Below, piece by piece: positions 12,744 to 25,955 of a stretch of 64,000 nt of DNA. Origin of the DNA: Octopus sinensis (taxonomy: Eukaryota). The translations under genes and the position numbers were made by a program. The first letter of the stretch is position 1; each line of letters begins with the position of its first letter. The DNA is taken from positions 7,005,360 to 7,069,359 of the forward strand of contig NC_043019.1 in NCBI RefSeq assembly GCF_006345805.1. Direction: 5' to 3'. The notes below the pieces were generated by a model. It was not told the DNA's origin. It worked only from the letters and a program-made list of their open reading frames with translations, and ran no database searches.

Positions 12744-13561
12744 GTATATATGTATATATATGGATATATGTATATATATGTATGTATGTATATATATATA
12801 TATATATATATAATTTAATATATGTATATATATATATACAAATATCTATGTATATACACACCTGCATATATACGTGCGTATATATTTGAGTGTTTCGCGT
12901 GTGTATCTACAAAAGCGTGTATGAATATATGTCGTATACGTGTGTGCGCGTCTATGTCGCTGTTTGTGTTCTGTTTACAGGTGTTATATCGATGCTGTAG
13001 TATCGGAAACTATTCTCATAACACTTGGTTCCATTTCGTCAATACAATAATTACTCGAAAATAAATTCCAATACATAAGAGGGTGTCTATGATCGAGTAA
13101 AACCTTTCGATGCCAATTCCCCAGCATGGCCACTCTCAAATAAGTGAAACTAGTAAGAGAATAAACGATTAACCTATCTATTTCCTGAAGTAGCCATTCT
13201 CTCTATAATTGGAAGCCAAAGAATTTTAACCAATTATCTACAATATCATAAATAATTAAAAAGGATGCCTTCTTTGGTCTAATCTATTTCCATTTTCATC
13301 ACACTGGTGTAAATTTAATTGGTACCAGAAATTAACCTAGGTATATGTAGTCGAATCAAATAATATAAAGTAGACGAAAGTTCCTATTTTTATGGTTCCT
13401 GCCCTTTACTGTACAAGAGGTTTCGCGTAACCTGGTCGAAATGTGACATTTGATCGCATCTATAAATTCCTGTTGCATAATATATTTTGTGCTTCCTCGT
13501 GGATATATTTATAATATGTGAATGGTATAACTGTAAATAACGTGACATTCTTTAATTCGTT

Positions 13562-14044
13562 TATTCCTTTACTCGCTTCAGTAATTTGACTGCGACCATG
13601 CTGGAGTACCCCCTTTAGTCGAACAAATTGACACCCAGGATTTATTGTTTGTAAGTCTATTACTTATTCTATCGGCTTCTTTTTGCCGAACCGTTAAATT
13701 ACGGGGTCGACAGCGCAACAACATCTTTTGTCAACGGTGTTGGAGGGATCAAACACAGACACAGACACACACAGACACACACACACACACACAGACACAC
13801 ACACAGAGACACACACACGTTAACACACACACTCACTCACACACATACATACAAATTTATATATATATATATATATATATATACGACGGGCTTCTTTCAG
13901 CTTCCGTCTACCAAATCCATTCACAAGGCTTTGGTCGACCCGAGGCTATAGTAGAAGACACTTGCCCAAGCTACCACGCAGTGGGATTGAACCCGGAACC
14001 CTGTGGGCCGGAAGCAAGCTTCTTACCATATAGCCACTCCTGCG
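13562..14044 (-). mobile_element. SINE family B with internal (TA)n(TG)n microsatellite
   Basis: Head reads GCAGGAGTGGCTATATGGTAAG; CTTGGGCAAGTGTCTT block; tail ...CAGCATGGTCGCAGTCAAAT. Confidence 0.88.
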
Positions 14045-14244
14045 TTTAAGCAAAAAACAATAGTAACTATTTCTTCGCACAACAAAATTCGAACGAGGGA
14101 CCTGTGGTTTACGAGCTCATCACGCTTCTACAGTGCCACGTTGTTTAAATATTTATTGAGCAAATATATAATGCATTATTTCTTATATTTCTGTTGCTGG
14201 TTACAATAATGTTTTTAAATTTTGGAACAATGTCAGCAAGTCGA

Positions 14245-14397
14245 CGGTTGGAGTGTGTCGATTACAACGACCTCAGTGTTCAACAGGCCCTTATTTTACC
14301 GATTCCGAGAGAAAGAAAAGCAAAGTCGGCCTCAGCGGAATTTGAACTCAGAACGTAGAGCATTTTGCCACGCATGCTAACGATTCAGCCATCTCGA
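14245..14397 (-). mobile_element. Degenerate SINE family A
   Basis: AAAGTCGGCCTCAGCGGAATTTGAACTCAGAACGTA. Confidence 0.75.
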
Positions 14398-15715
14398 CAC
14401 TTTAGTTCTCAGTTACAATACTGGTTGGTGGTTGTGGTTGTGGTGGAAGCAATAGTAGTGTTGGTCGTGGTGGTGGCCGTTGTGCTAGTAGTTATCTCAG
14501 TGGTGGTGGTGGTTGTGGTTTTGGTGGTGGCGGTATTATAAGTAGTAGTAGTAGTAGCGATGGTGCTGGTGGTGGTGGTTGTGGTGGTAGTGGTATTGAT
14601 GTTGGCGTAATGTTGATGTGACGGTAGTGGCAGCAACGGCAGCAGCAGCATTCGTAGAGTTCAGGGGTACTTCTCTTGTTGACATGATCGACATCAGAGC
14701 AAAATCGTTTTCAATATGGCTTAATCGAAATCTGTCTCCGAGATGGTTTACATCCTCCTCTAGGAGAGAGTTAAAGAAGATATCTGATGGACGAAGAATA
14801 TTCTCGAAAAATCAAAATGGAAAACAAAAGACATAAAAAGAAGAGAGAGAGAACAACACTTCTCGTTCATTTCCTTCTTTATGTTTTTATATTGTGTTTC
14901 TCATTGAATAACTGGATGTTGGACGGATGTCGGAGGAATTCTTTTATTCCTGTTCGGCTTTTTCTCTCTTTTAATGGAATCGTAATTGTGACAGATCTAT
15001 GTCAGATTAGTCCAATGTTGAATGTAAATTCTTCACAGGAAGTTCAGGGAGAGATTAGAGGTTAAGTTAAATCGAAAAGAAGCGTCATTTCTGAAAGGTG
15101 GATGACAGAGAAATATCAGTTTCCCAAGTAATATTCTGCAAATAGTTTGATTGTTCTAAGCATGTATAACAGAGGGTGCGTGGGGGCGTGCGTACGTGTG
15201 TACGTCCGTGTATATGTTTGAGTGTATATAGATAGATCGCTAGATAAAAATGAAAGATATATAGATAGATAGGTAGACATATAGATAGATATATGGATGC
15301 ATACATGACTAGATTGATGGGTAGGGAAATAAATTGATAAATTCGTACAAGAGTAAGTAGTTGCGGACTAATACATGTATATAATGAAAATAACCCACAA
15401 GGATATCCAGAGGTAATGCAGTACGATCGTTTCATGCAACTGCGTTTAATTGAACAATGCAATCATTTCATTACATCAATTTAAAATGTAGAGCAATCCC
15501 CATCTACACAAAGACAGAATTAATTAAATTAGAACAGATGGACACATTTATATAATTTTACCTAAAATCTCCAAGAAGTTGAGGAGATAGGCAAAGAACA
15601 TATTATAACAACAACGTCATAGATGTAACTATATATATGTACACATATATATATATGTGTCTGTGTATGTATATATATCTATCTATGTTTATATATATAT
15701 ATGTATGTATAAATG

Positions 15716-15746
<31 letters not shown>

Positions 15747-15748
15747 GC

Positions 15749-15798
<50 letters not shown>

Positions 15799-15894
15799 CA
15801 GTATATGTATTAATATATGCACATACTTACATACATATAAATATAAGTATTATATGAATGATATATCTATTATTATATGGAATATTCATAGAGC

Positions 15895-15964
<70 letters not shown>

Positions 15965-16180
15965 AGTAGATGCACACATACTGGATACGTGTATATATTT
16001 ACTGTCGAGATTCAGCGTGCATATGGGATATAAATGTGTGAGTGTGTGTATACATGCATGTAGAGATAGGGTCAGAGAAGGACGGTTCTGTATAACCTAG
16101 ATAGTCAGTAATGTACGAAACATTCGCGTTCCCTTTAGCTAAATATGTTGCATATCATTATTTTCAGAAACACACGTATG

Positions 16181-16217
<37 letters not shown>

Positions 16218-16345
16218 GCATTCTTACACGCGCGCGCAACCACGCACGGATACGCACAGATACACACATAGATACACACACACAGACATACACACACAAG
16301 CACAAACGCACATATAGAAACAATATATACTACATTATATATATG

Positions 16346-16387
<42 letters not shown>

Positions 16388-17142
16388 CAAATTTATCTAT
16401 GTATCTAACTATATATCAATTCATTTATCCATATATCCATCTATCTACTTATCTATGCATGTGTATATATATTACACACACACACACACCACACATATAT
16501 ATATACATATATAGTCATATTCATACACATATATATCTATATGTATACATATAATATGTATATATATATATACATATACATACACACATATATATGTATA
16601 TAATCACGTATTATGTAACTTCATATATATATATATATATATGGATGCATGTATGTATGTATGCATATACATATTATATAGAGGTATACATTTGTATGTG
16701 TGTGAGATGCTAGATATTTGTTACCACCTTGTTGTCAATATTGCTAATGTTTCTTCTATGGCTGCTATCTATTGTCACTGCGTCTGCATTATACAGACTC
16801 GCACGTATACATGCATACACATACACACAGTCGCACAGAGATGCACACACACAAACACAATGACACAAACAGAGATATGCACACGCTCGCAGGTATATAC
16901 ATAAACACCCACACACACATCTATATATATACATATAAACATACATATATAAATATAAATACATATACATATATATATACATGCATATATATATATATTT
17001 TATATATATTATATATATATATATATTATTATATATATATATATATATATTTCTATATACATATACATATAATACAATCCCATTAATACATATATAATAA
17101 TATATATGTATGTATATATATATATGTGTGCATACACGTCTA

Positions 17143-17217
<75 letters not shown>

Positions 17218-17356
17218 GTATATAGCTCAGTGAATGGATGTTGTTATTGCTTTTGGCATTTGCGTTTTCGTTGTTGATGTTGTTGTAGCTGTTGTCGTTG
17301 TTGCTCTCGTGTGTCACCTATGCCAGCATTGTTTTGTCTATACTCATATTGTATAG

Positions 17357-17416
17357 CCGGGATTTCGCAGAGGTCTCTTTAATATTCGTTATCACGCGCC
17401 TCGTGCGTTTGTTACG
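17357..17416 (+). CDS. Candidate 60-nt coding exon (xRDFAEVSLIFVITRLVRLLR), product unknown
   Basis: Acceptor ttgttttgtctatactcatattgtatag, donor ACG/GTATTC (weak); phase 2-2 joins in frame to 19003. Confidence 0.4.
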
Positions 17417-17494
17417 GTATTCCAGTGACAGTTGCAAACTTTTATGGGAACCGTACGTAATATATATGTGTCTGCGTGTGTGTGTGTCTGGTGT

Positions 17495-17531
<37 letters not shown>

Positions 17532-17706
17532 TGTGTGTGTGTGTGAGTGTGTGTGTGTATGCTGACGTACATAAATATATGCCTCTAAAGATATACAACA
17601 TGTATAGGCGTGAGTCCATGTATGCGTATATATGTATCTCCATGAGTATATATGCACTTGCTATGGTGCATATCCACACGTTGATATATCGAAGTATGAT
17701 CTGTTA

Positions 17707-17749
<43 letters not shown>

Positions 17750-19002
17750 GTACGTCTCCTTTCATGTGTGAGAGCACCTTTTCGTGTATGCATACACGAT
17801 AGACAATTCATATATTTAACAAGAATGTATATCTTTCCTTATATATATATATATATACTCATAGAGACACACATATAATATATATACATACATAAATACA
17901 TACATATATATATATATGTATATGTATATATATATATATGTATGTATGTATGTATGAATGTATGTATGTATGTATGTATGTTGTATGTATTCATGTTTCT
18001 GTTTATCATTGTATGTTTGTTTGTGTATATATGTATTTGGATGTTTGAAAACATTTATAAAACCACAGACATATTGCATATTCACTACATACACATAATT
18101 TCCTCTCTTTCTCATTGCCTATACGTTTGTATGCGCACGCATGTTAGTGTGTATAAAAACATACATATATACATATATGCGTGTGTGTATATATATATAT
18201 ATGTATATGCATCCATATATTTAGATATATGTATTACGCATATATGTATTATACGCATATATGTTACGTACACACATACGTTTATACACACGTACACTCC
18301 TATATACATACATATCTACATTCCTATACACTCACATGTCATATTCTTATATAGTTGCCTGAACACGTTTTTCCAATGTTACGCTGTTTGACAATAAAGA
18401 GAATCTATGTGCGCATATTAAGGAAAATATCAGCCAACGCTCTATACTGCCATATACTACATCAATTCTGATATCATTTTATATAGAATATTTTACAATA
18501 TCTTCCAAATATACTGCAACACCACAACGAAATTTGAGTGAAAATGTCTGGCTTGTATTTCAGGTGATAATGTATCGATCGTTACGTGGTTGTTGTTTAA
18601 ATGACGGGTGTTACGTTGGTTCCTCCAGCAAGAAGTTTTATTTCATTTTGCTCCTGTGTAGTCACCAGTAATTTAGTACGGTTGATATATAGGAATTTTA
18701 TTCTGCTATATATTAACATTTGGTTTGAATATATTCCGTATCAGTTGGTTAGATATCTTGTGATGAGCTGTGACCTGATGTGTACGAAGATTCAAAATAG
18801 ACAAGGAGACATCACTTTTGTTATCGTGAAACATATTTTTGCTTATTTAAGACCACGTATCTTATTAACTGAAAGTTTGCTTTTTTTTTGTTTTTTCCAC
18901 GAAGCCCTGCGATCACATTAAACTAAATTTTAGTGAAGATTTACCACAGGATTTTATTAGATTTGGATAGTATTTTTATCCCTCGTATAGTACTTTGCAC
19001 AG

Positions 19003-19111
19003 GTCCGATGTGACTGGACGACGTACAGCTTTTAAAGGCCTCAGTAATAGTACACATTACAGAAGACTAATGCGTGCGCAACTCGGAGACATTCTAGGAC
19101 CTGACGTGTGA
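19003..19111 (+). CDS. Candidate terminal coding exon (SDVTGRRTAFKGLSNSTHYRRLMRAQLGDILGPDV*)
   Basis: Acceptor tatttttatccctcgtatagtactttgcacag; non-repetitive, GC-richer open frame ending at TGA 19109-19111; AATAAA at about 19233. Confidence 0.45.
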
Positions 19112-19489
19112 CACAGGAACTTAACAGTATGTCCACATGTCCTGCAAGTACGGGAAACGGTACAGCTAAGTATTACATGGCCCTTGTGCCTTTCACATCA
19201 GACTCTGTTCCGAGCATTATATTAAAGCTGTAAATAAATAGGCAGAAGGCAACGGGGAGCCACTATTGTATATTTTGCTACTCGTGGACTTTCAGATTTT
19301 GGCATGAAGGCTAAGGATCAGCATGGTCCGTAGGCATTATAACTAAAGAGAGAGTGAAAGAGGGGGAAAATGAGACAGGGGAGAGTTTCACTTAAGCGTT
19401 AGCCTCGAAAATATTTATACATGCTGTTGAGTTCCTCAAAAAACTAGGCCATTAAAATATTTTCGAATAGAAAATTTTCCATTGTGTGT

Positions 19490-19710
19490 GTGTGTGTGAT
19501 TTTTAGTCTGTATCTGTTTGCCATCACTATTTGACAATCGGTGTTGATTTGTTTGCGACCCCGATAGCTTAGCGGTTCAGCAAAAGGAACGATAAAATAA
19601 AACCAAACATTAAAAATTACGTACCGGGTTCGATTTGTTCGACTAACATCATCGCGATTGTGCTCCAGCATGGTTGCATTCCAATGACAGAAAGAAATAG
19701 AAAAGAGAGA
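19490..19710 (+). mobile_element. SINE family B 3' half
   Basis: TTAGCGGTTCAGCAAAAGG...GCTCCAGCATGG. Confidence 0.75.
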
Positions 19711-19899
19711 CAAAATATAAAATTCAAAGGTATCCTATCTTTAGATATATAAATTCTAGACCATGACGATTCTTTTGACCAAATTGCGATAGATACCCTC
19801 CAAATGGATCCATTTCCAGTGTCTCAGATTTTAAACCTTGACAATGCCTCATGAAAGCTTGTATTGGATCCGGTTCAGTGGTCCATAACAACAAATTCT

Positions 19900-21040
19900 C
19901 ATATAACTTTATTCGTTCTTCTTTCGTGTAACTCTCCATACATATCAACGAAGTACATCAAAGTTTATTGTGCAACATCTGCCATCTTGTGCATAGCGGT
20001 GATATATCTCAAAGATTTTCATTACAAACCTGCGATCTCGTGCGTAGCAGCGACATATCTCAAGCGTTTTCATTGAAAAACAATCTTGTGCATAGCTAAA
20101 GTCTTCTGCATAACTAAAGTCTTTTCATTAAAAACCTGAAATTTCGTGTATGGCAGTGATATATCTAAACTATTTTCATTAAAAGCCTCAAAGTTCGTGC
20201 ACAGTAAGGATGTGTCTTGAATATTTTCACGAAATACCTTCAAAAGCCATGCATAGCAGTAACTCAAAGATTCCCATTAGAAACTGCCATTTTCGTGCAG
20301 TTATGTTTCTCATTAAATACCTAATATTTCGTTGCATTCTAATAAGAAAAATGTCAGAGATTTTCATTAAAACCCATCAAAATCCGTCTCAAAGGGCAAA
20401 ACTATGATATACCTCAAATACTTTTGTTGAGATCCTTGAATCTCTATTTCTCAGGGCATAGTTATAAATTATATCAATATACGTATTAAATACCTGTTAT
20501 TACCCTACATAATGAAATATCTCAAGCATTTTCATTAAAATCCTGCAACCCTGGTCCTTAGAATTTACTCAAAGATTTTAATTAAATCCTATAATCTGCC
20601 TGCATGGCCGTGAAGTGGCTCAATAGTTGTCATTGAAACCTTGCAATAATATGCTAAGCAGTGAAGTACCTCAAAGGATTTCATTAAAAATTTACATAGC
20701 ATTGAGGTGGTTCAAAGGATCTCGTTAAAATACGCCTATCAGCGTATCTCGGTACAAAATAGTTAAATACCTCAAATGTTTTCCATTAGAAAACTGCGAC
20801 ATATATATTGTCATGAAATTTCTCAATATTTTAATCAAAATCCTGCAACCTTCCTCTCATCGTCCACAACAATGGAATTGTCTCAGGTATATTCATTAAA
20901 ATGCGTTATCTCAATACAAAAGGAAATATCTCAAACATTTTCATTTCAAACATGCATACCGCATGCACTGCAGTTGAGGGTCTCAAAGTTTATCTTCGAG
21001 TATGGCAGTGAGATTCTTCAAAGTTCGTCATTTAAATAAC
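19900..21040. repeat. Degenerate tandem repeat, unit about 52 bp
   Basis: Recurring GATATATCTCAAAGATTTTCATTAAAAACCTGCAAT...GCATAGCAGT; unit starts at 20001, 20052, 20158 and 20209. Confidence 0.75.
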
Positions 21041-21557
21041 TACAGAATAAAGAAATTCAATAGAATAGAATTACAAAATACTAAACAAACAAGACAAAAC
21101 ACTTCGATTTTACCATTATAATGATATCTTTCATGAAAACCTGGTGCATTAGAACAAGAGGTTCACAAAAGAGGTATTTTCTTGGTGTGTATAGCTTATG
21201 TACAAATGCCTGGCCGTACAGAAGACGCGGAAAGAATACCGCAAAAGATATTGTCCGACAATTTAAATTTTTGGCCAACAAAATATTGAGCAGCAAATTA
21301 TGTTGGTGATCTTAGTAAGATAACAGATGAAGTTGATTCAGGTTTTGAACTTAAAACATGGAAAAGAGAATGCATTGGAACTGCAAAAATAAAAGAAATA
21401 TGAATACAGAAGAATTAATTTTTACGGCATTCTTTTTTTTAAAATTTTTTCATCCTATTGATCTCGGATTATTGTAAAGCTATTTAATCTTTAAAATGGA
21501 CAATAGAGTTTGCGGCGAGAATGAATAGAGGAGAAGACAATATTCTGCGAGTCAGAG

Positions 21558-21783
21558 GGCGGCAAGCTGGCAGAATTGTTAGCACACCGGGCGAATTGCT
21601 TAGCAGTATTTCGTCTGCCTTAATGTTCTGAGTTCAAATTCCGCACGGGGTCGTGTTTGCCTTTCATACTTTCGGGCTCGATTAAATAAGTACCAGATAC
21701 GCACTGGTGTCGATCTATTCGACTTAATCCGTTTGTCTGTCTTTATTTGCCTCCTCTATGTTTAGCCCTTGTTGGCAATAAAA
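21558..21783 (+). mobile_element. SINE family A
   Basis: Full consensus match; AATATTCTG near both flanks. Confidence 0.88.
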
Positions 21784-22115
21784 AATATTCTGTAAATTAT
21801 TTAAAGGTGTCTTTTATGATTCGTGTTCCTATATCGGTGGCGTCGACTCTCCTTTCAATACCAGGCCTTCCAGATATTTAAACATCAAGCAAACCATGTA
21901 CCCGGTATTGGTCAAACTAGAGTCGTAGATGCTAAGCAATAGGACTGAAGCGGAGGCCATGTGGTTCCGACGCATAATTCCTAATTCCCCAAATACATTC
22001 AAATCATACGGATCGGGTTTATTTTTGGTATAATATTTTCCCTAACCCTTGTTACGTTCTAAGATCGATTGTCTCTTAGAACAATTTTGCCCTTCATTTT
22101 TCCTCGCTATATTAA

Positions 22116-22299
22116 CCCTTTGAACTCTAACCATTCACAGAAATTGAATGCACCACCCTAAGAGCCCAGCAAGTTTCACTAAAAAAGTTTTAATTTTAGG
22201 AGATATGCTGAAACAAATGCTTGTTTCACATAGATCGGCATTTCGGGAATAGACAGCGTTGACGTAGTGCCAGTGCATCAGCTTTTCGAGTTCTAAGGG
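22116..22299. mobile_element. piggyBac-like MITE (184 bp)
   Basis: TTAA at 22112-22115 and 22300-22303; TIRs CCCTTTGAACTC / GAGTTCTAAGGG (11 of 12 match). Confidence 0.75.
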
Positions 22300-22565
22300 T
22301 TAAATAACATACTACTAAACAGCTGTGAGATGGTCAGTGTCAGAACTACAGGTTTTGCGCTTTTTAACCCACACCATTATGATTCAAAATCAACTCCCAC
22401 CAAGATCAAATTTACCCTTTATCTTCCAGAAGTAGAGTAAATAAAATATTGGACAACATAAGTGGACTGGCGAAAATTTTAAAGCGTGGTCAAAATTCGT
22501 ATTATGATACTGCTCTTCGTGGTACAAATTCTCAGCCGTGAGAAGTGGCGAACACGTTTTGTTAT

Positions 22566-22604
<39 letters not shown>

Positions 22605-22610
22605 ACAAAA

Positions 22611-22648
22611 CTGTCCGATGAACGGGAACGTGAAACTCTGAGTAACAG
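22611..22648 (+). ncRNA. Hammerhead-like motif with CCGATGA core variant
   Basis: CTGT-CCGATGA-ACG-GGAA-CGT-GAAA-CTC-T-GAGT-A-ACAG: stems I, II and III all pair; flanked by (TA)n. Confidence 0.55.
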
Positions 22649-22650
22649 CT

Positions 22651-22688
<38 letters not shown>

Positions 22689-22805
22689 ATATATTATATT
22701 ATTATATATATATATATAATATAATATATATATATATATGTTGGCCCGCTCACTTAGCCAGCGGGGTGGCATCATTTAGAGGCTAAAACAATGCGAAGCG
22801 CATTT

Positions 22806-22931
22806 TGACCAGCGATGTGTAGCAAGATCTTATAACCTGGTCGGTCACGGTGATCTCGGTGATATATATATATATCACCGAGATCACCATGACCGACCAG
22901 GCTATCAGATCTTGCTACACATCGCTGGTCA
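22806..22931. repeat. 126-bp near-perfect palindrome centred on (TA)n
   Basis: Arms TGACCAGCGATGTGTAGCAAGATCT...GGTGATATATA; 3 mismatches. Confidence 0.92.
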
Positions 22932-24339
22932 CGATGTAAACACATGAACAAAATAAGAATACACAAAAACAACAACAACAAAAATAAAATACAAATTACA
23001 TGAACGTATATAAACAGAAGATACAAATATTACAGGCATCCCCCCACATACACACACTAAATAAACATAGACGCACATAGAGATATAAGCATGCGCAAAT
23101 GAAAACATACAATAGTAATACAAAATGGCTGACGGTTAGTAAGAAGAGACACAAATAAGAAAGAAGAAAACAAAGGACCACTGATGCGGTCACAGGAGTG
23201 TGACGAAAGAACTCTGGCCGAAATAAGATTAAGATTAATGTAAAAAATAAATAACACTGAAGCAAAATAACACCAAATATATAGTGCGTGTGTTTTTATT
23301 GACTAAACTGGCAATATGACCATTCCGAAATATAACAATATATATATATATACCACAAATATTCATCATGGAAGTATCTTTTTCAATAAAGTTTCTGTGG
23401 TTCTACCTTCAGGTTATCATAAACAACACCAATATAATGGCAAAGCGGAAGCGTTTTATCACTAAAATTTGTGTCGTTTTACATATATTAGAAAAATCAA
23501 TAACCAACGTGTATATATTATGCAAAATTACATACATTTGAAATTATTTGTACCCATGGCAGATAAATAGCCTCTGTGTGCGTGTATAAAATATGTGTAA
23601 TTCTATTTGTCTACAATATGGGCCTATAATACTGGTGAATGTATATGTATGAATATGAGTATATATATATATGTGTGTGTGTGTGTCTGTGTGAGTGTAT
23701 ATATATATATATATATATATACATATATATCAGGAGAGAGAGAGAGAGAGAGAGATGGGGAGAGAATATACCGTATATTGAAATGTTTTCTGTTTCTTAC
23801 TATAATCAGTGTGTATATGTGAATTACATAATTGCGTGTGTTAAAAAGAATTATCCATTTCGTAATGTTACAAATGATTAGCCATTTTTTTATACTCACA
23901 TACATACTCACATATGCAGGCACACTTACCTCCATATATATATGTGTGTGTGTGTGTGCGCATGTGTAAATATATACATACATATATATATAATTTTATG
24001 TATGTATACTCATATATGGATATAAATATGCACACTCACACACACTTACATACTTGTATATTCTTTGATATATATATATGTATCAATTGAAATGTATATA
24101 TGTAGATATTTACTTATATATATATATATATATGTATGTATAAATGTAAGAAAGTGTGTGTGTGTGTGTGTGTGTGTGCCCATCCTTTGCAGCAGGAAAT
24201 TAAAGCTGTTGCCGTTCATGACTGTACAATTTCCCAGTGGTTGAGTTGTTGAGTCGCTCGAAGGAGCGAAATTAATTTCGCTTCTTAATTGCATTGCGAA
24301 AACATTCTCCCTCTCATATCGCAAATGTTAAGAAGGGGT

Positions 24340-24610
24340 AACACACACACACGCACACACACACACACACAAGCACACACACACACATGCACACACGCAT
24401 ACACACATACACACACATGCACACACACACACGCATACACACACATACACACACATGCACACACACACACACGCATACACACACATACACACACACATGC
24501 ACACACACACACGCACACACATACACACACATGCACACACACACACACGCACACACACACACACACATGCACACATTCATACACATGCACACACACACAC
24601 ACACACGTAC
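24340..24610. repeat. (CA)n with interspersed AT/GC variants
   Basis: Directly visible. Confidence 0.95.
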
Positions 24611-25290
24611 GCACTGGCAGTACCGTACACATACACCGATACACTACCATACTCTTTTCTATATACGTATGTCTCTCGTCATCGCCTGCTCTTTCCCTCT
24701 CTTTTTACATATACATTTACAAATATACTCACATTGGTATATACACGCTTTCTTTCATACACACACACACATATAAAACACTGATCTTCACACACACACA
24801 CACACCACACACACACATGCCTCGAATCGCCAATCCATTTGACTAGAAACGAAATGCGATATGTTACCGTGACGCTCCGTCTTCATGTTATGAAACATCG
24901 CAGAATCAACGAGTTAAATAAATAACAGATTGCCGCAGGCTTTGCTCTCTATTCTTGGAAGGATGCACTTCGTCTCGCATCGCTTCCTACTTCACTGCAC
25001 TGATTTCTAGTCAAGATATTGCAGATATTCAATATATATTGTTGTTCTTGTTGCAGCTTTTGTGGTTTAGCACCGGGCCTGCTTGATGCAAGCAGACCTA
25101 TAAACGAAAGGATTTGCTGCGATATCCATAACTTCAATCTAAGACAATTCTATCTAAAGTTCCCTTTGTTTGTTTAGACCCTAGGTTCTGACTTCAGGAA
25201 GATTAAGTTGCTAATTTATGCAGTCCGGGGGATCGAAGTGCAGAGCGGTTATGTAACTATGTTATCTATATTTTATCTTCTAGCCTCTAG

Positions 25291-25458
25291 GCGTAGGAGT
25301 GGCTGTGAGGTAAGTAGCTTGCTTAGGAACCACATGGTTCCGAGTTCAGTCCCATTGCGTGGCACCTTCCTCGGGACGACCAAAACCTCTTGCTTGGATT
25401 TGGTAGACGGAAACTGAAAGAAGCCCGTCGTATATATATATATACATATATATATGTT

Positions 25459-25523
<65 letters not shown>

Positions 25524-25681
25524 ATGTATGTTTGTGTGTCTTAGCGGTTCGGCAAAAGGACCTATGGAATAAGTACTAAGCTTACAAAGAATTAGTCCTG
25601 GGGTTGAATTGCTCGACTAAAGGCGGTGCTCCAGCATGGCCACATTCAAATGACTGAAACAAGCAGAAGAGTAAAAGAGTA
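25291..25681 (+). mobile_element. SINE family B, full length
   Basis: GCGTAGGAGTGGCTGTGAGGTAAG head, GAGTTCAGTCCC B-box, internal microsatellite, tail AGAGTAAAAGAG. Confidence 0.9.
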
Positions 25682-25955
25682 TCTTTTACTTGTTTCACTC
25701 AATAGACTGCGGCCATTCTGGGGCAACGCTTTGAATAATTTCTAGTCAAATCAATCCACCCTATTACTTAATATTTTATTAAGCCTGCTACGTATTCTAT
25801 CAACCTCTTTTGCCGAACTGCTATGTTGCATGTTAATTTCACAAGCGCGCTGTACATTTCATAGGATCTTCTGGAACATTCAACGTCGTAAGTATTGGTG
25901 GTGGACACACAGACACACATATGTATGTACGAAGGGCTTCTATCCGTTTCCGTCT
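25682..25955 (-). mobile_element. Degenerate SINE family B, tail-to-tail with the previous copy
   Basis: TCTTTTACTTGTTTCA...GGGCTTCTATCCGTTTCCGTCTA. Confidence 0.7.

Noticed and set aside
14540-14765. Possible minus-strand exon EDVNHLGDRFRLSHIENDF...
   Set aside because: It has a good acceptor but runs into low-complexity repeat, has no recognisable homology and no partner exon
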